This document shows, in pieces, positions 38,585 to 51,769 of a stretch of 64,000 nucleotides of DNA (position 1 is the stretch's first letter; each line of letters starts with the position of its first letter). The notes beneath the pieces are model-generated. The model searched no databases. It saw only the letters and a program-made list of their open reading frames with translations, and was not told the DNA's origin. Origin of the DNA: Octopus sinensis (Eukaryota); assembly GCF_006345805.1 (NCBI RefSeq), contig NC_043004.1:94674001-94738000 (forward strand). The letters run 5' to 3'. Made by a program: the position numbers and the translations under genes.

Positions 38585-39230
38585 AATATACCTCCATCCA
38601 CTACAAACACACCGACTCACACTCATACCTCAACTTCTCCTCCTCCCACCCTAACCATACCAAGCTCTCCATCCCCTACTTCCAATTCCTCCGTCTTTGC
38701 AGGCTCTGCAGTGCCAACCATGACTTTGAGACTTAGTCTCAACTCATGGCTCGCCATTTCATCCTTCATGGACATCCCCTCACCACTATCCACACCGCCC
38801 TTGCCAGACACGTTTCGTGGACCGTGCATCTGCTCTCTCTCCCCACACCCTCCCCGCCGTTACCCACCACACATCACCATACCACACCACCACATCACAC
38901 CACCCTGCACACACCAGCACTGACCACTTCCCAGCACCTACACCATCATCCACACACCAACACATGCACACACCCTCACGTCAAGGTCATCAGCCCCAAT
39001 CCACACGCACACACGCTGACATACACACGCACGTGTACCTTCGTTTTGGGATCACCACTACTTTATCATCTCCCCCTTCGTCCTAGCCCTCCTGTCTGAC
39101 CATCTCCATCCAGCCGCCGCCATGATTGACCGCTAGCCACTAAAGCTTTGTATTCTCTCTCTGTTTATTTTCTCGTGTTCCTGTCTGTTAAATAGCGTGA
39201 GCTCGAAACATAAAAGACTTTACATTATAT
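38585..39230 (+). mobile_element. AC-rich Penelope-like repeat ending in a degenerate HHR
   Basis: Homologous to 62640-63150(-). Degenerate motif ctgttaa-a-tagc-gtga-gctc-GAAAC-ata-aaaga at 39180-39217. Confidence 0.6.
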
Positions 39231-39323
39231 ATATAAGTGTAGGTGGCATACGAGTAGGTATATGTTTATAAAAAAGAAGTTTGAAAACGCCACTATATAA
39301 GATAAATTTTAATTTTCTTTGAG

Positions 39324-39371
39324 ATTTTGCATGTTTCCGTTCTTCTTGAAAAAACGAACCTTATCAAAAAT
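39324..39371 (-). ncRNA. Hammerhead-like motif, TTGATAA core, degenerate
   Basis: attt-TTGATAA-ggttc...gaacg-GAAAC-at-GCA-aaat. Confidence 0.5.
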
Positions 39372-39658
39372 ATTTTAAAAAGTTAAGTGTAATAAAAAAG
39401 TTCATAATTGTTTTTACTAGTCTCAACAGAGTCCACGTGGTACTGTGTTATGCGGGGGAGTATAATGGCTGTCTTGTGCGTTGACTAGATTCGTTGGCTG
39501 CCAACGAATCTAGTCAACGCACAAGACAACTGCCAACGAATCTAGTCAATGCACAAGACAACCATGATGCTCCCCACCACAACACAGCACCAAGTGGACT
39601 CTGTTGAGACTAGTAAAAACAATTATGAACTTTTTTATTATACTTAGCTTTTAAAAAT

Positions 39659-39706
39659 ATTTTTGATGAGGTTTGTTTTTTCAAGAAGAACCGAAACATG
39701 TAAAAT
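39659..39706 (+). ncRNA. Hammerhead ribozyme with U3 variant core
   Basis: attt-TTGATGA-ggtt...aacc-GAAAC-at-GTA-aaat. Stem III is the perfect palindrome ACATGT. Confidence 0.7.
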
Positions 39707-39761
39707 CTCTAAGAAAATTAAAATTTATCTTATATAGTGGCGTTTTCAAACTTCTTTTATA

Positions 39762-39795
<34 letters not shown>

Positions 39796-39800
<5 letters not shown>

Positions 39801-39916
39801 CACCACCACCACCATGACCGACCAGGCTATCAGATGTTGCTACACATCGCTGGTCACAATGCGTTTCGCATTGTTTTAGCCTTCAAATGACGCCACCCCG
39901 CTGGCCAAGCGAGCAG

Positions 39917-39920
<4 letters not shown>
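39796..39920 (-). mobile_element. SINE family A tail-variant-1 fragment
   Basis: Reverse complement of 1175-1280. Confidence 0.8.
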
Positions 39921-39976
<56 letters not shown>

Positions 39977-40136
39977 CAAGAAACTGTTGCATTTAACAAG
40001 ACTACTAAGTGAGTAAATATATATCGCCTTGAATTATTATATATTTGCCTGCCTGGGTGAAAATCACATGCTTTTCTCCCACTAAACTAGTTGAATAAAA
40101 TAACCAGTATTTGAGAACAAAGTTCAGACAAATAAC

Positions 40137-40286
40137 CAGTCATTGTATGGCTACTATAAGTGACATGTTCAAACCACAGATAAAAATCGTGAAACGATGG
40201 AAACTTTTCGTGAGAAGTTATCCTACTCTCATTTTTAGCACACACATGCGGAATACCTGGGCGTTTGAAACCAAAGTACATAATGT
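40137..40286 (-). CDS. Candidate 150 nt internal exon (phase 1-1), product unknown
   Basis: Strong acceptor tttttcctttcag. Only one frame is open: (D)IMYFGFKRPGIPHVCAKNESRITSHEKFPSFHDFYLWFEHVTYSSHTMTG. Weak donor G|GTTATT. Confidence 0.3.
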
Positions 40287-41799
40287 CTGAAAGGAAAAAT
40301 TTACCGCAGTTACACTATTATTTGCTGTAGTTATGAGAATTAATAATCAATCATTCTTATTTTCATTTTAAACAAAACGCTTCAACTATATTTTACTCTA
40401 TCCTACTTCTTCTAGAAAACGATGTAACACAATTTTAATGAAAGCATATAATCTAATCTAAAAGAAATTAATTGTGATATAATTAATTATCTATTACTTT
40501 GCGTTAGTGAGACACGTTATGCTGAAGCAATCTGCAGATAACGATAATTAAATATAGAGAAAAAATATGTATTTCCTTTAATTATATTTATTTAAATAAA
40601 AAAAATATGGCTTTCAAGGTTATTTTCTCCAACACTAGATGAATGAATGTGTGTATATGTGTGTATGTGTGTGTGTGTGTGTGTGTACCTAGAATCTTGA
40701 TAATCCAAAGAGTTTTGTTATTTCCTAATTTAAATTTTCAGCTTACGAATGATAAGTAACACGCCCCTATAAATTCTTAACATTTTCTCTAAATCATTTC
40801 ATCATTTTATCTTCATATATAAAACAGAGTTTGCTTTTACGTGTACGCATATGTTCATTATGGATTCGAAAACTGACTTGCCGATTTTAACGTAGGGGGT
40901 ATGAAAAGGTTCAATAATCTTTCGGCTACCAAATAAAGTATGTTTTTTTGCGCAACTCTTAATTACAACAAAAATAACCTCACAAATGAGGTTGGGTTGC
41001 ACAATTTTGAGGTTTTTAGCTAAAGGAGGCAACTCTACCTGAACAATATGCCTTAGAGCATAATGAGAAAATGTTTAAAATACATGGAGTTTAACCAGCG
41101 AATGAAACTGCGAAGATATACCGTCAACTTTATAAGTATTATTTAGTAGATAATCTTTTAATGTGAAGTATGTTTGTCTGTGTTTTCTCTGATATAGCAG
41201 ATCCATTGCATAATTTTGGGGGTTTTGTTCCCTGAAATACTGTAAATCTGCGTCTTTCTTTTGATGAAAGAGTGTATTTTAGGAGAGATTTGATTGCTAT
41301 TTGTAGTATGTGTGTGTGTGTGTGAGTGTGTATGTGTTTGCGTGTTTTGCGGTGGAAAAATTATTTTTCTCAGAATATTTTGCACAATAATTTTTTAAGA
41401 AATCTGGACATCTTTCTTACTGCTAGCCATTCATCTTCAAATTACAATTTTTAATTGTTGGAAATCAAGTAGACTGAGATGTACATATAGTGTCATTGTA
41501 TAGAATGGACAAAGTTTTGAACTTATTATCTTGTGGTTATAAGCTCTATTTTACTGGGTTTAGTTTTTCGACTGTCGTCATGATGGGGTATCACCTTCAA
41601 AAATTTAATTGATCATACTGACCTCAGTACGTATTTCAATCTGGTATTTATTTTATAGATCTCTGCTTCATGAACTGCTAGCTTTGAGACATAGTGGCGC
41701 ATAATACTCAATTTGACAACAAATGAAAACACACACACACGCACATTAGGTGCAAGAATGACTGTGTAGTTGAGAAGATACAATGAGGCTGTAGGTCAT

Positions 41800-41832
41800 A
41801 ACACCCGGGCAACGCCGGGGTGCATTGCTAGT
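41800..41832 (+). mobile_element. Isolated Helitron 3' end
   Basis: cccgggcaacgccggggtgcattgctagt: hairpin plus CTAG. Confidence 0.6.
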
Positions 41833-42999
41833 CTATTATAAACTACATTTAATATTGAATTTTGAGTCAGACAAGTCAATGTCGTATATAGTGTAAGCAT
41901 GTGATGTAATCTTTTATACACCGTCACGAGCTTCTCAAATCCTGTTGCATTTCAAATGAACTGTTTGGTCTTTCCGAGTCGTCTCGGTGCATAAGTCGAC
42001 CTATTATTTTTGGTTGTAAACTTTGGTTTGAAAAAATGTGTTTTGTATATCAGATAATACGATAAATGAAACTCTTGTAATCAAATAAATCCCAAAAAGA
42101 AAAACTAAAACTACGTACACACGATTTTGTACATACTTTGTACCGTATGATTACTCTCCCGTGATATAATAGGTAATAAAATATTTTGTAATATACGCTC
42201 CTTTAGATTGATAGTTTACAATGTAAACGTTTACAAATGATTTTGCTTGGAGAGAAATGTTTCTCTCTAAACAAAATTTATACACTTTTATTTATTCGTA
42301 CGTTATTATAAATGCGTCCTTTTCTTATATGCTTTATACCAAGAACATCATTTGAAGCAATTACACTTTAATAGTTCCATTTCATTTTTCTAATTATTTA
42401 TTTAGATCCCCAGAGAAATATATCTGAGTAACAGCTACTGTTCATTTTCGATCTCCTTAGTTTAGTTTATTTGGTATCTTGTCCTCATATAATATATTAT
42501 ATTTTAAAATAAAATATAATAATATATCATTTTAAAATATAAATATTGTATTAATTCCGTTGATCAGAACATTAAGTTACTGCCCCTTATACAACAATAT
42601 ATCGAGAAATGTTCTTCATGGTTAATAGCCGCAACTTAAATTTATACGTTATTCATATCCCACGAGCATAAATTCAGAATTTGTCTAGTTTAGTATTCAT
42701 TCTCTACAATTTTATGATACGCTATATTACAGCTTAATATATTATTGTACCTGAAAGAATTTGTAACGAATTAGGAAAACTCTGCTGTTAAAATCTTAGA
42801 AAATACATTACATCTTAGGTAAATTAATTCCCATTTATATCACCAAAAGGAAATTTAACCTAACTTGTGATCACGACAAATATATAAGCCCACTGATCAC
42901 GACAAATATATAAACCCACTGTGGCAAATATGCAAACCATTTCAACCTTTAGACAGCTCTTACAAGTGTTTTACGTAAGTTCATCAATGTTATCCAAAC

Positions 43000-43880
43000 G
43001 GGACATCGTGACACAAGGTTCGATATAGAATTTTAAATAGTCCGCTCACGTGCTAACAATATTCGGATAATAATGATAAACATTAATGAAGTTGATAAAT
43101 ACAGTGAGCCGATGTTGACATCTACTTTGCTCCAACCATAAAAGATAGTGTTACTCCTCGGTTTCGAATTGCCTTCGCGATTCTGCAACTTCTACCTGAT
43201 AGTATCGTACTGTTCATTAAATTGCTCTGTGGATTAGCATGATCTAGTAGCGTTGGCAGCCTAAGAGATGTTGGCGACTGAATAGAAGAAATAGCTTTTT
43301 TGTAGAAATCGTTGATATCGACGTGTTAGTAACATTACTACAGAAGATCGTATGATCAAATGGTACTTGTACAAGAATTGAAAAAAGAGCTGGGACATTC
43401 ATGACAGTGTAGTAATTCCAATCCTAACTGTTCGGTCAGGCATCAGGAGTGAACCACCACAGTTTCACGTGATTGATCTATAATTGACCAATCGGTATGA
43501 AGCTGTAGCGTGATATGGTTTCTCTGATGTCTTAGAATTTATCTTCTTGTCGCCCATGTATACCGATTAGCACCTAATTCCCTAGGCAGACGACCTCTGG
43601 CATTCGAGCAGACAGCTTCAGATTTTGCGCAGACGATTTCGGGTTCTCGTACTGTCCGATTCTGAGCATGCACTATAAATAGCTTCTACGGACACGGCAT
43701 GGTGGTTCCCTCTCCTCCCAGTCGACAATTATTGATATTTTTCATTGTATATACCGACACCAAATATCATATCCGTCAATAAATATTATTGTTAAAGGTA
43801 TGTGAGATTGCTTCAGCTATTATTCACGCCGCCAACGACATTCCGTCGTCCATGGTGACTCGGACGTTTAAAAGATATCA
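43000..43880 (-). pseudogene. Highly degenerate LINE (Tx1/L1-like) endonuclease-region remnant
   Basis: Only weak translated resemblance (AVREPEIVC ~ AVQETHF.C, LIGIHG ~ LIGVYA) with many stops. Confidence 0.3.
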
Positions 43881-43884
43881 TCAT

Positions 43885-44295
43885 AGGCGCAGGAGTGGCT
43901 GTGTGGTAAGTAGCTTGCTTACCAACCACATGGTTCCGGGTTCAGTCCCACTGCGTGCCACCTTGGGCAAGTGTCTTCTTCTATAGCCTCGGGCCCACCA
44001 AAGCCTTGTGAGTGGATTTGGTAGACGGAAACTGAAAGAAGCCTGTCGTATATATGTATATATATGTGTATGTGTGTGTTTGTGTGTCTGTGTTTGTCCC
44101 CCCCCCCAACATCGCTTGACAACCGATGGTGGTGTGTTTACGTCCACGTAACTTAGCGGTTCGGCAAAACAGACCGATAGAATAAGTACTAGGCTTACAA
44201 AGAATAAGTGCTGGGGTTAATTTCCTCAACTAAAGGCGGTGCTCCAGCATGGCCGCAGTCAAATGACTGAAACAAGTAAAAGAGTAAAAGAGAGT
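43885..44295 (+). mobile_element. SINE family B, full length
   Basis: aggcgcaggagtggctgtgtggtaag... to (gagtaaaa)n tail. Confidence 0.92.
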
Positions 44296-44909
44296 ATTAT
44301 CCAGCTCGACACGAGCGACCTAGCAATTCCTCGACAACATTAATATGATTAACAATTGTGCATGGGGAATTTTTAAAGTTATTTGTTCAGCAAAAGATAA
44401 CTCGTTTTTTTTTTTACACAGGTTTAATCTAAGCCGGGTTCCTTTTCGCATGGGTTATCCCCACAACTCTGTAAAATGCGTTGCTGCTACTTATTGTCAC
44501 CCAAATTCCTTCACTAGCGATAACTTATATGTCCGAAATATATTTTGATGAATTTAAAGGGCGTTTTAGGAAATATTGAAATCTTCCAAATGATAGAGTA
44601 TAACATTTTAATGCAGAATTGGTTTTAATAGTGTTTTTCTTTCTTTAACGCTAATAGATTTAAACTGGCTCTGTAAGCAGGACTTAAATGTTTTAGCAGC
44701 CAAGGCGTTTTAATTAGTTCTTTTTGCTAAATGAAGTTTGGTACGATGCTCATACCACTGTCATTGGAACGCCAAATGAAGAGATGGAAACAAGACATTT
44801 CTTTGTTCTCTTGGCTCCTACTGAAACATGAAAACATTTTATTTCATCTAGTGTGAGTTTGCTATAACCAACACATTTTCATCATTATGAATGTTTCACA
44901 ATGGTATAT

Positions 44910-45097
44910 GTTGGTGCTTTCGTCTGTCTTCACGTTCTGAGTTCAAATTCCGCCGAGGTCGACTTTGCCTTTCATCCTTTCGGGGTCGATAAATTAAGTA
45001 CCAGTTATGCACTGGGGTCGATGTAATTGACTTAATACCTATGTCTGTCCTTGTTTGTCCCCTCTATGTTTAGCCCCTTGTGGGTAATAAAGAAATA
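44910..45097 (+). mobile_element. SINE family C, 5' truncated
   Basis: Homology to 26787-27016. Confidence 0.88.
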
Positions 45098-45644
45098 GGA
45101 TTATGTTGGTACTTATTTGGTGTAAGCAGGACTGCATGTAAAATCATAATGAACAGACATAAACATTACTATTTTACAGTACGATTTATTGAACTAGATA
45201 ACAATTGAAAATATATACTACTATTAACTGCCAGTAGAGAATTTAGAGGTTGGAACAGAGCATAGTAATGGCTAATTAAGTTCGAAATAGCGGGAAGGGC
45301 TAGTTTGCAAATATGAAGAATTCCTTTTCATCTCTAGCTGGATTCTGCTAAAGAAAACTTGGAGTTGCCGGGCGAAAAGTGAGGTGTTTGTTTTCTGCTG
45401 AGTCTGTCATATCACAGCGATTGTTCTGGCTTTCAAGGCAAGAGGCGAAGAATTTGTTCTCTAAGAGTTCTCTCAAATCTCTCCCGTTTGTTCTTGGCGT
45501 GTAACTATTTATAATTAGAGAAAAGCAAATGACTCTCAAGGGCACTTGAGATGACGTTCAGGATATGACTGCAAGCTAACTGGTCGAAAAGTGTGAAATA
45601 TGCGTGTGACCAACTGTCATTGACTTGGTATCTGAGATATGTTA

Positions 45645-45874
45645 GGCGGCGAGCTGGCAGAAACGTTAGCGCGCCGGGCGAACTGTTTAGCAGCATTTCG
45701 TCTGCTGCTCCGTTCTGAGTTCAAATTCCGCCGAGGTCGACTTTGCCTTTCATCCTTTCGGGGTCGATAAATTAAGTACCAGTTACGCACTGGGGTCGAT
45801 ATAATCCACTTAATCCGTTTGTCTGCGCTTGTTTGTCCTCTCTGTTTTAGCCCCTTGTGGGTAGTAAAGAAATA
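45645..45874 (+). mobile_element. SINE family C
   Basis: Homology to 26787-27016. Confidence 0.92.
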
Positions 45875-46361
45875 GGTGTCTAAAATATGTTAGGTTTGAT
45901 TCTCGCTCTCACAACAAATATACATCTTGTCTTCATGTAAAATTTCAAAACAACAGAGAGTGCCTTTGCATTATGTTTTCGCATACGTTTCATTTAACTG
46001 GACAAATTCTATTAATATTAAGCCACTAAGACTACCTAGATTAAGCCAGCATTGGACTTGTCACGAAAACTGTTATTGTTGGTTTACTGGGTGCCTGTAA
46101 ATGATGAACAACTATCGTGAACAATTATTCTTTTATCCTTTTACTTGTTTCAGGCATTTGATTGCAGCCATGCTGGAGCACTGCCTTTTAGTCGAACAGA
46201 TCAACCCCCTTATTCTTTGTATTTATTCTATCGGCCCTTTTTGCCGAATCGCTAAGTTATGGGGGCGTAAACACACCAACATCGGTTGTCAAGCGATGAT
46301 CGGGGAACAAACACAGACACACAAATATATACGTGTATATATATATATATATTATATATAT

Positions 46362-46413
<52 letters not shown>

Positions 46414-46414
46414 A

Positions 46415-46620
46415 TCCAAACAAGAAAGCACAAAAAAAACACAACAACGCGAGGACGTGGAACAAATATAGTATTATTGGACGCTCAGGAAAGAAGGAAA
46501 GAAGGAGGGTTTAACGTTTCGAGCGGAGCTCTTCGTCGGAAACATAGGAGAAGGAAAGATCCAGAGAAGGGAGACAGAGGAATAAAAATCGCCAACGGTA
46601 CACACGCGGTCACATTTTGA
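46415..46620 (-). mobile_element. Short HHR-bearing Penelope-like repeat
   Basis: Homologous to 53255-53435 and flanked by (AT)n. Confidence 0.7.
46509..46543 (-). ncRNA. Minimal hammerhead, CCGACGA core
   Basis: gttt-CCGACGA-a-gagc-tcc-gctc-GAAAC-GTT-aaac, with palindromic AACGTT. Confidence 0.7.
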
Positions 46621-46621
46621 A

Positions 46622-46688
<67 letters not shown>

Positions 46689-47093
46689 GAAGGGTTTCTT
46701 TCAGTTTCCGACTACCAAATCTACTCACAGGGCTTTAGTCGACCCGAAGCTACAGTTGAGCTACAGTAGAAGATACTTGCTTAAGGTGTCACGAAGTGGG
46801 ACTGAACCCGGAACCATGTGGTTGGGAAGCAAGCTTTTCACCACACAGTCACGCCTGCGCTTAAACAGAAGATTTATTAACAGAAGAATTTTTCATGTTG
46901 GTCTTTGAATCAGAATACAGACAACGATTTATACACATGGAAAAAGGTAAATTCTACAGCTACGACAAAATAGCTGGTTAGTATAGATTCATGGCTACGC
47001 TGCCACCGTTGGAGAAATATGCTCAATTCATGACGGCCAGTCTGTGGCTGCTGACTACTCGGTTGAAAAAGTTTTTAAAACAACTGTTGACAT

Positions 47094-47263
47094 GCGCAGG
47101 AGTGGCTGTGTGGTAAGTAGCTTGCTAACCAACCACATGGTTCCGGGTTCAGTCCCACTGCGTGGCACCTTGGGCAAGTGTCTTCTACTATAGCCCCGGG
47201 CCGACCAATGCCTTGTGAGTGGATTTGGTAGACGGAAACTGAAAGAAGCCTGTCGTATATATG

Positions 47264-47294
<31 letters not shown>

Positions 47295-47517
47295 GTGTGT
47301 GTGTGTTTGTGTGTCTGTGTTTGTCCCCCTAGCATTGCTTGACAACCGATGCTGGTGTGTTTACGTCCCCGTCACTTAGCGGTTCGGCAAAAGAGACTGA
47401 TAGAATAAGTACTGGGCTTACAAAGAATAAGTCCCGGGGTCGAGTTGCTCGACTAAAGGCGGTGCTCCAGTACGGCCGCAGTCAAATGACTGAAACAAGT
47501 AAAAGAGTAAAAGAGTA
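47094..47517 (+). mobile_element. SINE family B, full length
   Basis: Homology to 43885-44295. Confidence 0.92.
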
Positions 47518-47809
47518 TACGATTCCTGCTCGGCTGAATATAAAGGTGAGAATGTGGTTAGCACAGCGATGGTCTCCAACATTCAGAAGTTTAACGCCAA
47601 AAAATCGTCTTATTCATAAGCCTTGTTAGAAGGGTTCTAGAAGATTCTAGAATGTTGCATCACATGATAGCTTGATACTGATTGGTCAGTTAATCAGGTG
47701 ATCATATGAAATGGTTTAAGTCAAAGCCATCAGTTTTATTCGGCTATTTCAGCAACTTGGTTTCGGATCTGCTACAGGCTCTTTTGCCATAAGGAAATTT
47801 AGTGAAACC

Positions 47810-48700
47810 AATACTCTTGCTTTGAACATCAGCAAAGATTCCGACCGTGTCAAGCATACGATTCTGGAATCAATAATTCCAACCTACGATCTCCGTCGAT
47901 CTTTCAGATCGCGCCATCGCAGCGTGTGTTCGGGAATCTCTTTTTGAACCACTTTTAATCAAATCTGGTGTGATTCAAGCTTCACTTTTGCCGTCACACT
48001 CTTCCCTTTTATACTTCAACTAGCAGTATCGCCCGGCGTTGCTCGGGTTTGTAAGGGAAATAACTATATAAGCATTTTTAGAGAGTTACTTCCCTTATAT
48101 AAACCAAGCAAAAAATGAGAAAAAATGATGGTAACTTTTTTTTTAAATCGTAGACTCATCGTAGACGCGCGCTAATACCCAGAAGGGCTCGATGTGAATC
48201 ACGACTAAAAGATATCCGCTTTTGGTTAAACTGCACCGCAAAATGTGGGAGTAGTTAGGAATCTAAATCGGAGGAGACAGACTCTCACACAACTTCAGTT
48301 TTATATATATAAAGATAACCTACTTGCCATCACTGCTTACAACACCAACTCTTATGCAGATAATATGACGTTCCATTCTTCTCCAAACTTCATCAACTAC
48401 GCATCATCTACACACACACCATGACACTATCACACGGATTTTGTACTCACTTCACGAGCAGATACCTCGAATGCATGTTCCTTTTGTCGATCTTATCTCT
48501 TTGAACAGCAAAAACTCAAGTACTACAAATATACAGCAACTCCTTAAATATGAGCAACACTCAACCAGAGCCATCAGAGTCACTTTAAATGTAAGGCTTC
48601 ACTATTGCGCTGAGAATCCTTCTTGGTGAGAGCAGATGCTTGATATATCTAGAAGTACATCATAAAGAATGACGCTTCTTTTCAGAGCCAGAAAATACTT
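47810..48700 (+). pseudogene. Degenerate CR1/L2/Jockey-group LINE RT fragment, interrupted by a Helitron
   Basis: ALNISKDSDRVKH (~ALDISKAFDRVWH) before the Helitron and NSYADNMTF (~YADD) after it. Confidence 0.6.
48020..48315 (-). mobile_element. Non-autonomous Helitron (short variant)
   Basis: A|TC...CTAG|T on the minus strand, with hairpin. Confidence 0.92.
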
Positions 48701-50657
48701 CAGTCACTAACAACTGTTGATATTTTATAAATCTCAAGTGTAGCCAACGATTGAATATTGCACGACATCTGGGACAGTGCAGTGGCTATATACACAGACA
48801 TTCTACACTGCATTCAAAGAAAACCTCCTTAACTGAGAGGCATTAAAAATTCCTTACTTTTTCCAGTGTTTGTTGTACGATTTACACCAATCGTTTTCTG
48901 AAAGGTGATTTCATTAAGCAAGGATAATGGATACATATATAAATTGATATTGTTTTATGACGTCAACTCACTGAGCATTAACAAAAAATCTATTCGTCAT
49001 TATCTGTGTTAGAATGTAAAAAAAAAAATTAAATTAAACTGATATGAACCACATTTTAGTTTTCTAAGCGCATGAACATATCTTATAGTTTTATCAGGCA
49101 TGTGTATGATTTTGAAGTCTTATTCGGATAATATGACGGCCCACTTAACAATCCAATAAGAGGTTTGCTTGGAAACATCAATATTCTTTGGAAAAACGAA
49201 TTCCAATAGCCTTTATTCAGCCTCAATAGTGAAAGATTTCCTTAATAATTTCTCCAAACTTTCAATACAACATACTACTGCATACTTTCCGCTTTCTGTT
49301 CTTCGTTCGGTTTTTGAGTTCTGTTAATTGAATGACTAGCTATGCTATAGGCTTTTCCTTTTGAGACATTATTTCTGATACTACAAATCCAGAGGCACTA
49401 ACAGTAAAAAATCATTTTATATGCAGTAGAGAATGTTGCCAAGACAGAGTATTGTGTAAAAAGTTCATCTGTGTTCTTAAAGTCCTGTTTTTAATGCATG
49501 CAAGAAGTCACTGAAATATGTCTGCAAATTTATGGACGAATCTGAGATAATGGTGTATCAACCCCAAATATTTTTCAATTTCTTCTTTTGATTTAAAAAT
49601 AATAATGTGTAGGAATTTGTCTGTTATAATATATGATAGTTTGATCCCATCCTTTGAAATATTCATTCCTTAGAAATCTATGCAAAATACAGAATAAATG
49701 CATTTATTTGGGTTAATCGATACATTGGCACCTTTCAATCTAGCAATTTTTCTTGATTCTTCAATTTATTCTGGGTTGCTGCCATGACGAGAACGTTATC
49801 CTGACAGATAATTTATACAATTCCTTTCAATATAGACTCCATAAAATGTTGGAAAATGGAGCTGTTATTCTCATGACCCATTAACTAAGGAAAAAACCAC
49901 TGCTTGCATTTATTAAAAAGAATCTCATAGAACCCTCATTCAAAGCAATCTGCCACTATGCTATCTTTAGATCAATTGAATATTTGATCCTTGCACACCA
50001 GTGGACTTTGTATTAAGATGAAGCGGACAGATAAATGCTAAAAGGTTTGAATCATATCATCTGAATGTACTTTGTAATTAGTCCATATTCTTAATTAGTC
50101 ATCTATCTTTTTTCACCTAGACAATTGGTAATATATTGTCGATATTTTTACATGGACATGGAGTTAAAATTCCCATTACCTTGAGATTAGGAAGTTCATT
50201 TTAGGTCATTTTAAGGAGTACAGGAACTTGGCATACGGAGAAAATATGAAAATTTAACCTTTCCCAATACTTGGAATAGAGGAACATTCTGCATTATTAC
50301 CTAATTGCATTTGAACTTAATGTCTGTCCAATTTATAATTAAATGTAAGTCGTGCAATGTAAATCATTATTTGTAGTAAAATTAACATTGAAACTGACTT
50401 TCTCCTTATCAGACCATTTAGGAGTCATATCATTAACATTGATGTTATGGACAAATCTAATAAAATCCAATGATTTTGACCTGCAGAATTTACTGAAATA
50501 GGCCAATTCACTACAGTTAATGCCTTTCTTTTCATATGTTGCAGAACAGAACATAGAAGTATATATGATAATTGCTGTAATTTTTAATCTGGTTTCACTC
50601 AGTCATTCACTTATTACTCTTCTCACTTACCTCAATAAGAGTCTGTGCAAGTAACAT

Positions 50658-50866
50658 ACTCTTTACTCTTTACTCTTTTACTTGTTTCAGTCATTTGACT
50701 GTGGCCATGCTGGAGCACCGCCTTTAGTCGAGCAAATCGACCCCGGGACTTATTCTTTGTAAGCCTAGTACTTATTCTATTGTTCTCTTTTTGCCGAACC
50801 GCTAAGTGACGGGGACGTAAGCACACCAGCATCGGTTGTCAAGCGATGTTGGGGAGACAAACACAG

Positions 50867-50899
<33 letters not shown>

Positions 50900-51081
50900 C
50901 ATATATATATACATATATACGACAGGCTTCTTTCAGTTTCCGTCTACCAAATCCACTCACAAGGCATTGGTCAGCCCGGGGCTATAGCAGAAGAGACTTG
51001 CCCAAGATGCCGCGCAGTGGGACTGAACCCGAAACAATGTGGCTGGTTAGCAAGCTACTTACCACACAGCCACTCCTGCGC
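50658..51081 (-). mobile_element. SINE family B, full length
   Basis: Homology to 43885-44295. Confidence 0.92.
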
Positions 51082-51364
51082 TTAATATTTTTATATTAGA
51101 ACATGTCTGTACAACTGATTCAAGAATATATATTCAATCTGATTGCACCCCCGAAACAAGGTTCAGCAAGTCTGAGGTGGATGATTTAGGTAAAACATTT
51201 TGGCATTATTATTTTTGTTTCAGTATTATTAATTTAATAAAACAAAAAAAGGTTATATGAGTTCTGCTTCTGTATCATTGCCCCTTCATTTTTATTAGTT
51301 TGGCTGGAAAATAGAAACTGCAAATGCCATTCACAGACTTTAACATTAGGGAGATTGATGCATT

Positions 51365-51747
51365 TGGAAGCACTCTGTCGGTTACGACGACGAGGGTTCT
51401 GGTTGATCCGAATCAATGGAACAGCCTGCTTGTGAAATTAACGTGTAAGTGGCTGAGCACTCCACAGACACGTGTACCCTTAACGTAGTTCTCGGGGATA
51501 TTCAGCGTGACACAGAGAGTGACAAGGCCGGCCCTGTGAAATACAGGTACAACAGAAACAGGAAGTAAGAGTGAGAGAAAGTTGTGGTGAAAGTACAGCA
51601 GGGATCACCACCATCCCCTGCCGGAGCCTCGTGGAGCTTTAGGTGTTTTCGCTCAATAAACACTCACAACGCCCGGTCTGGGAATCGAAACCGCGATCCT
51701 ATGACCGTGAGTCCGCTGCCCTAACCACTGGGCCCTTGCACCTCCAC
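51365..51747 (-). mobile_element. SINE family A (tail variant 2)
   Basis: Reverse complement of 15571-15954. Confidence 0.92.
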
Positions 51748-51769
51748 GATTGATGCATTTACAATTTAT

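Larger units (their letters stand above)
39267..39761. mobile_element. ~500 bp palindrome with variant-core hammerheads
   Basis: Perfect 29 bp arms around a 1 nt loop at 39499. Outer arms are diverged, with HHR motifs at 39324-39371(-) and 39659-39706(+). Confidence 0.88.
46126..46860 (-). mobile_element. SINE family B, split by an insertion in its internal (AT)n tract
   Basis: Tail half 46126-46330 and head half 46685-46860. Confidence 0.85.

Noticed and set aside
42868-42922. 26 bp direct tandem duplication (tgatcacgacaaatatataa.cccac x2)
   Set aside because: An ordinary slippage duplication with no further structure.
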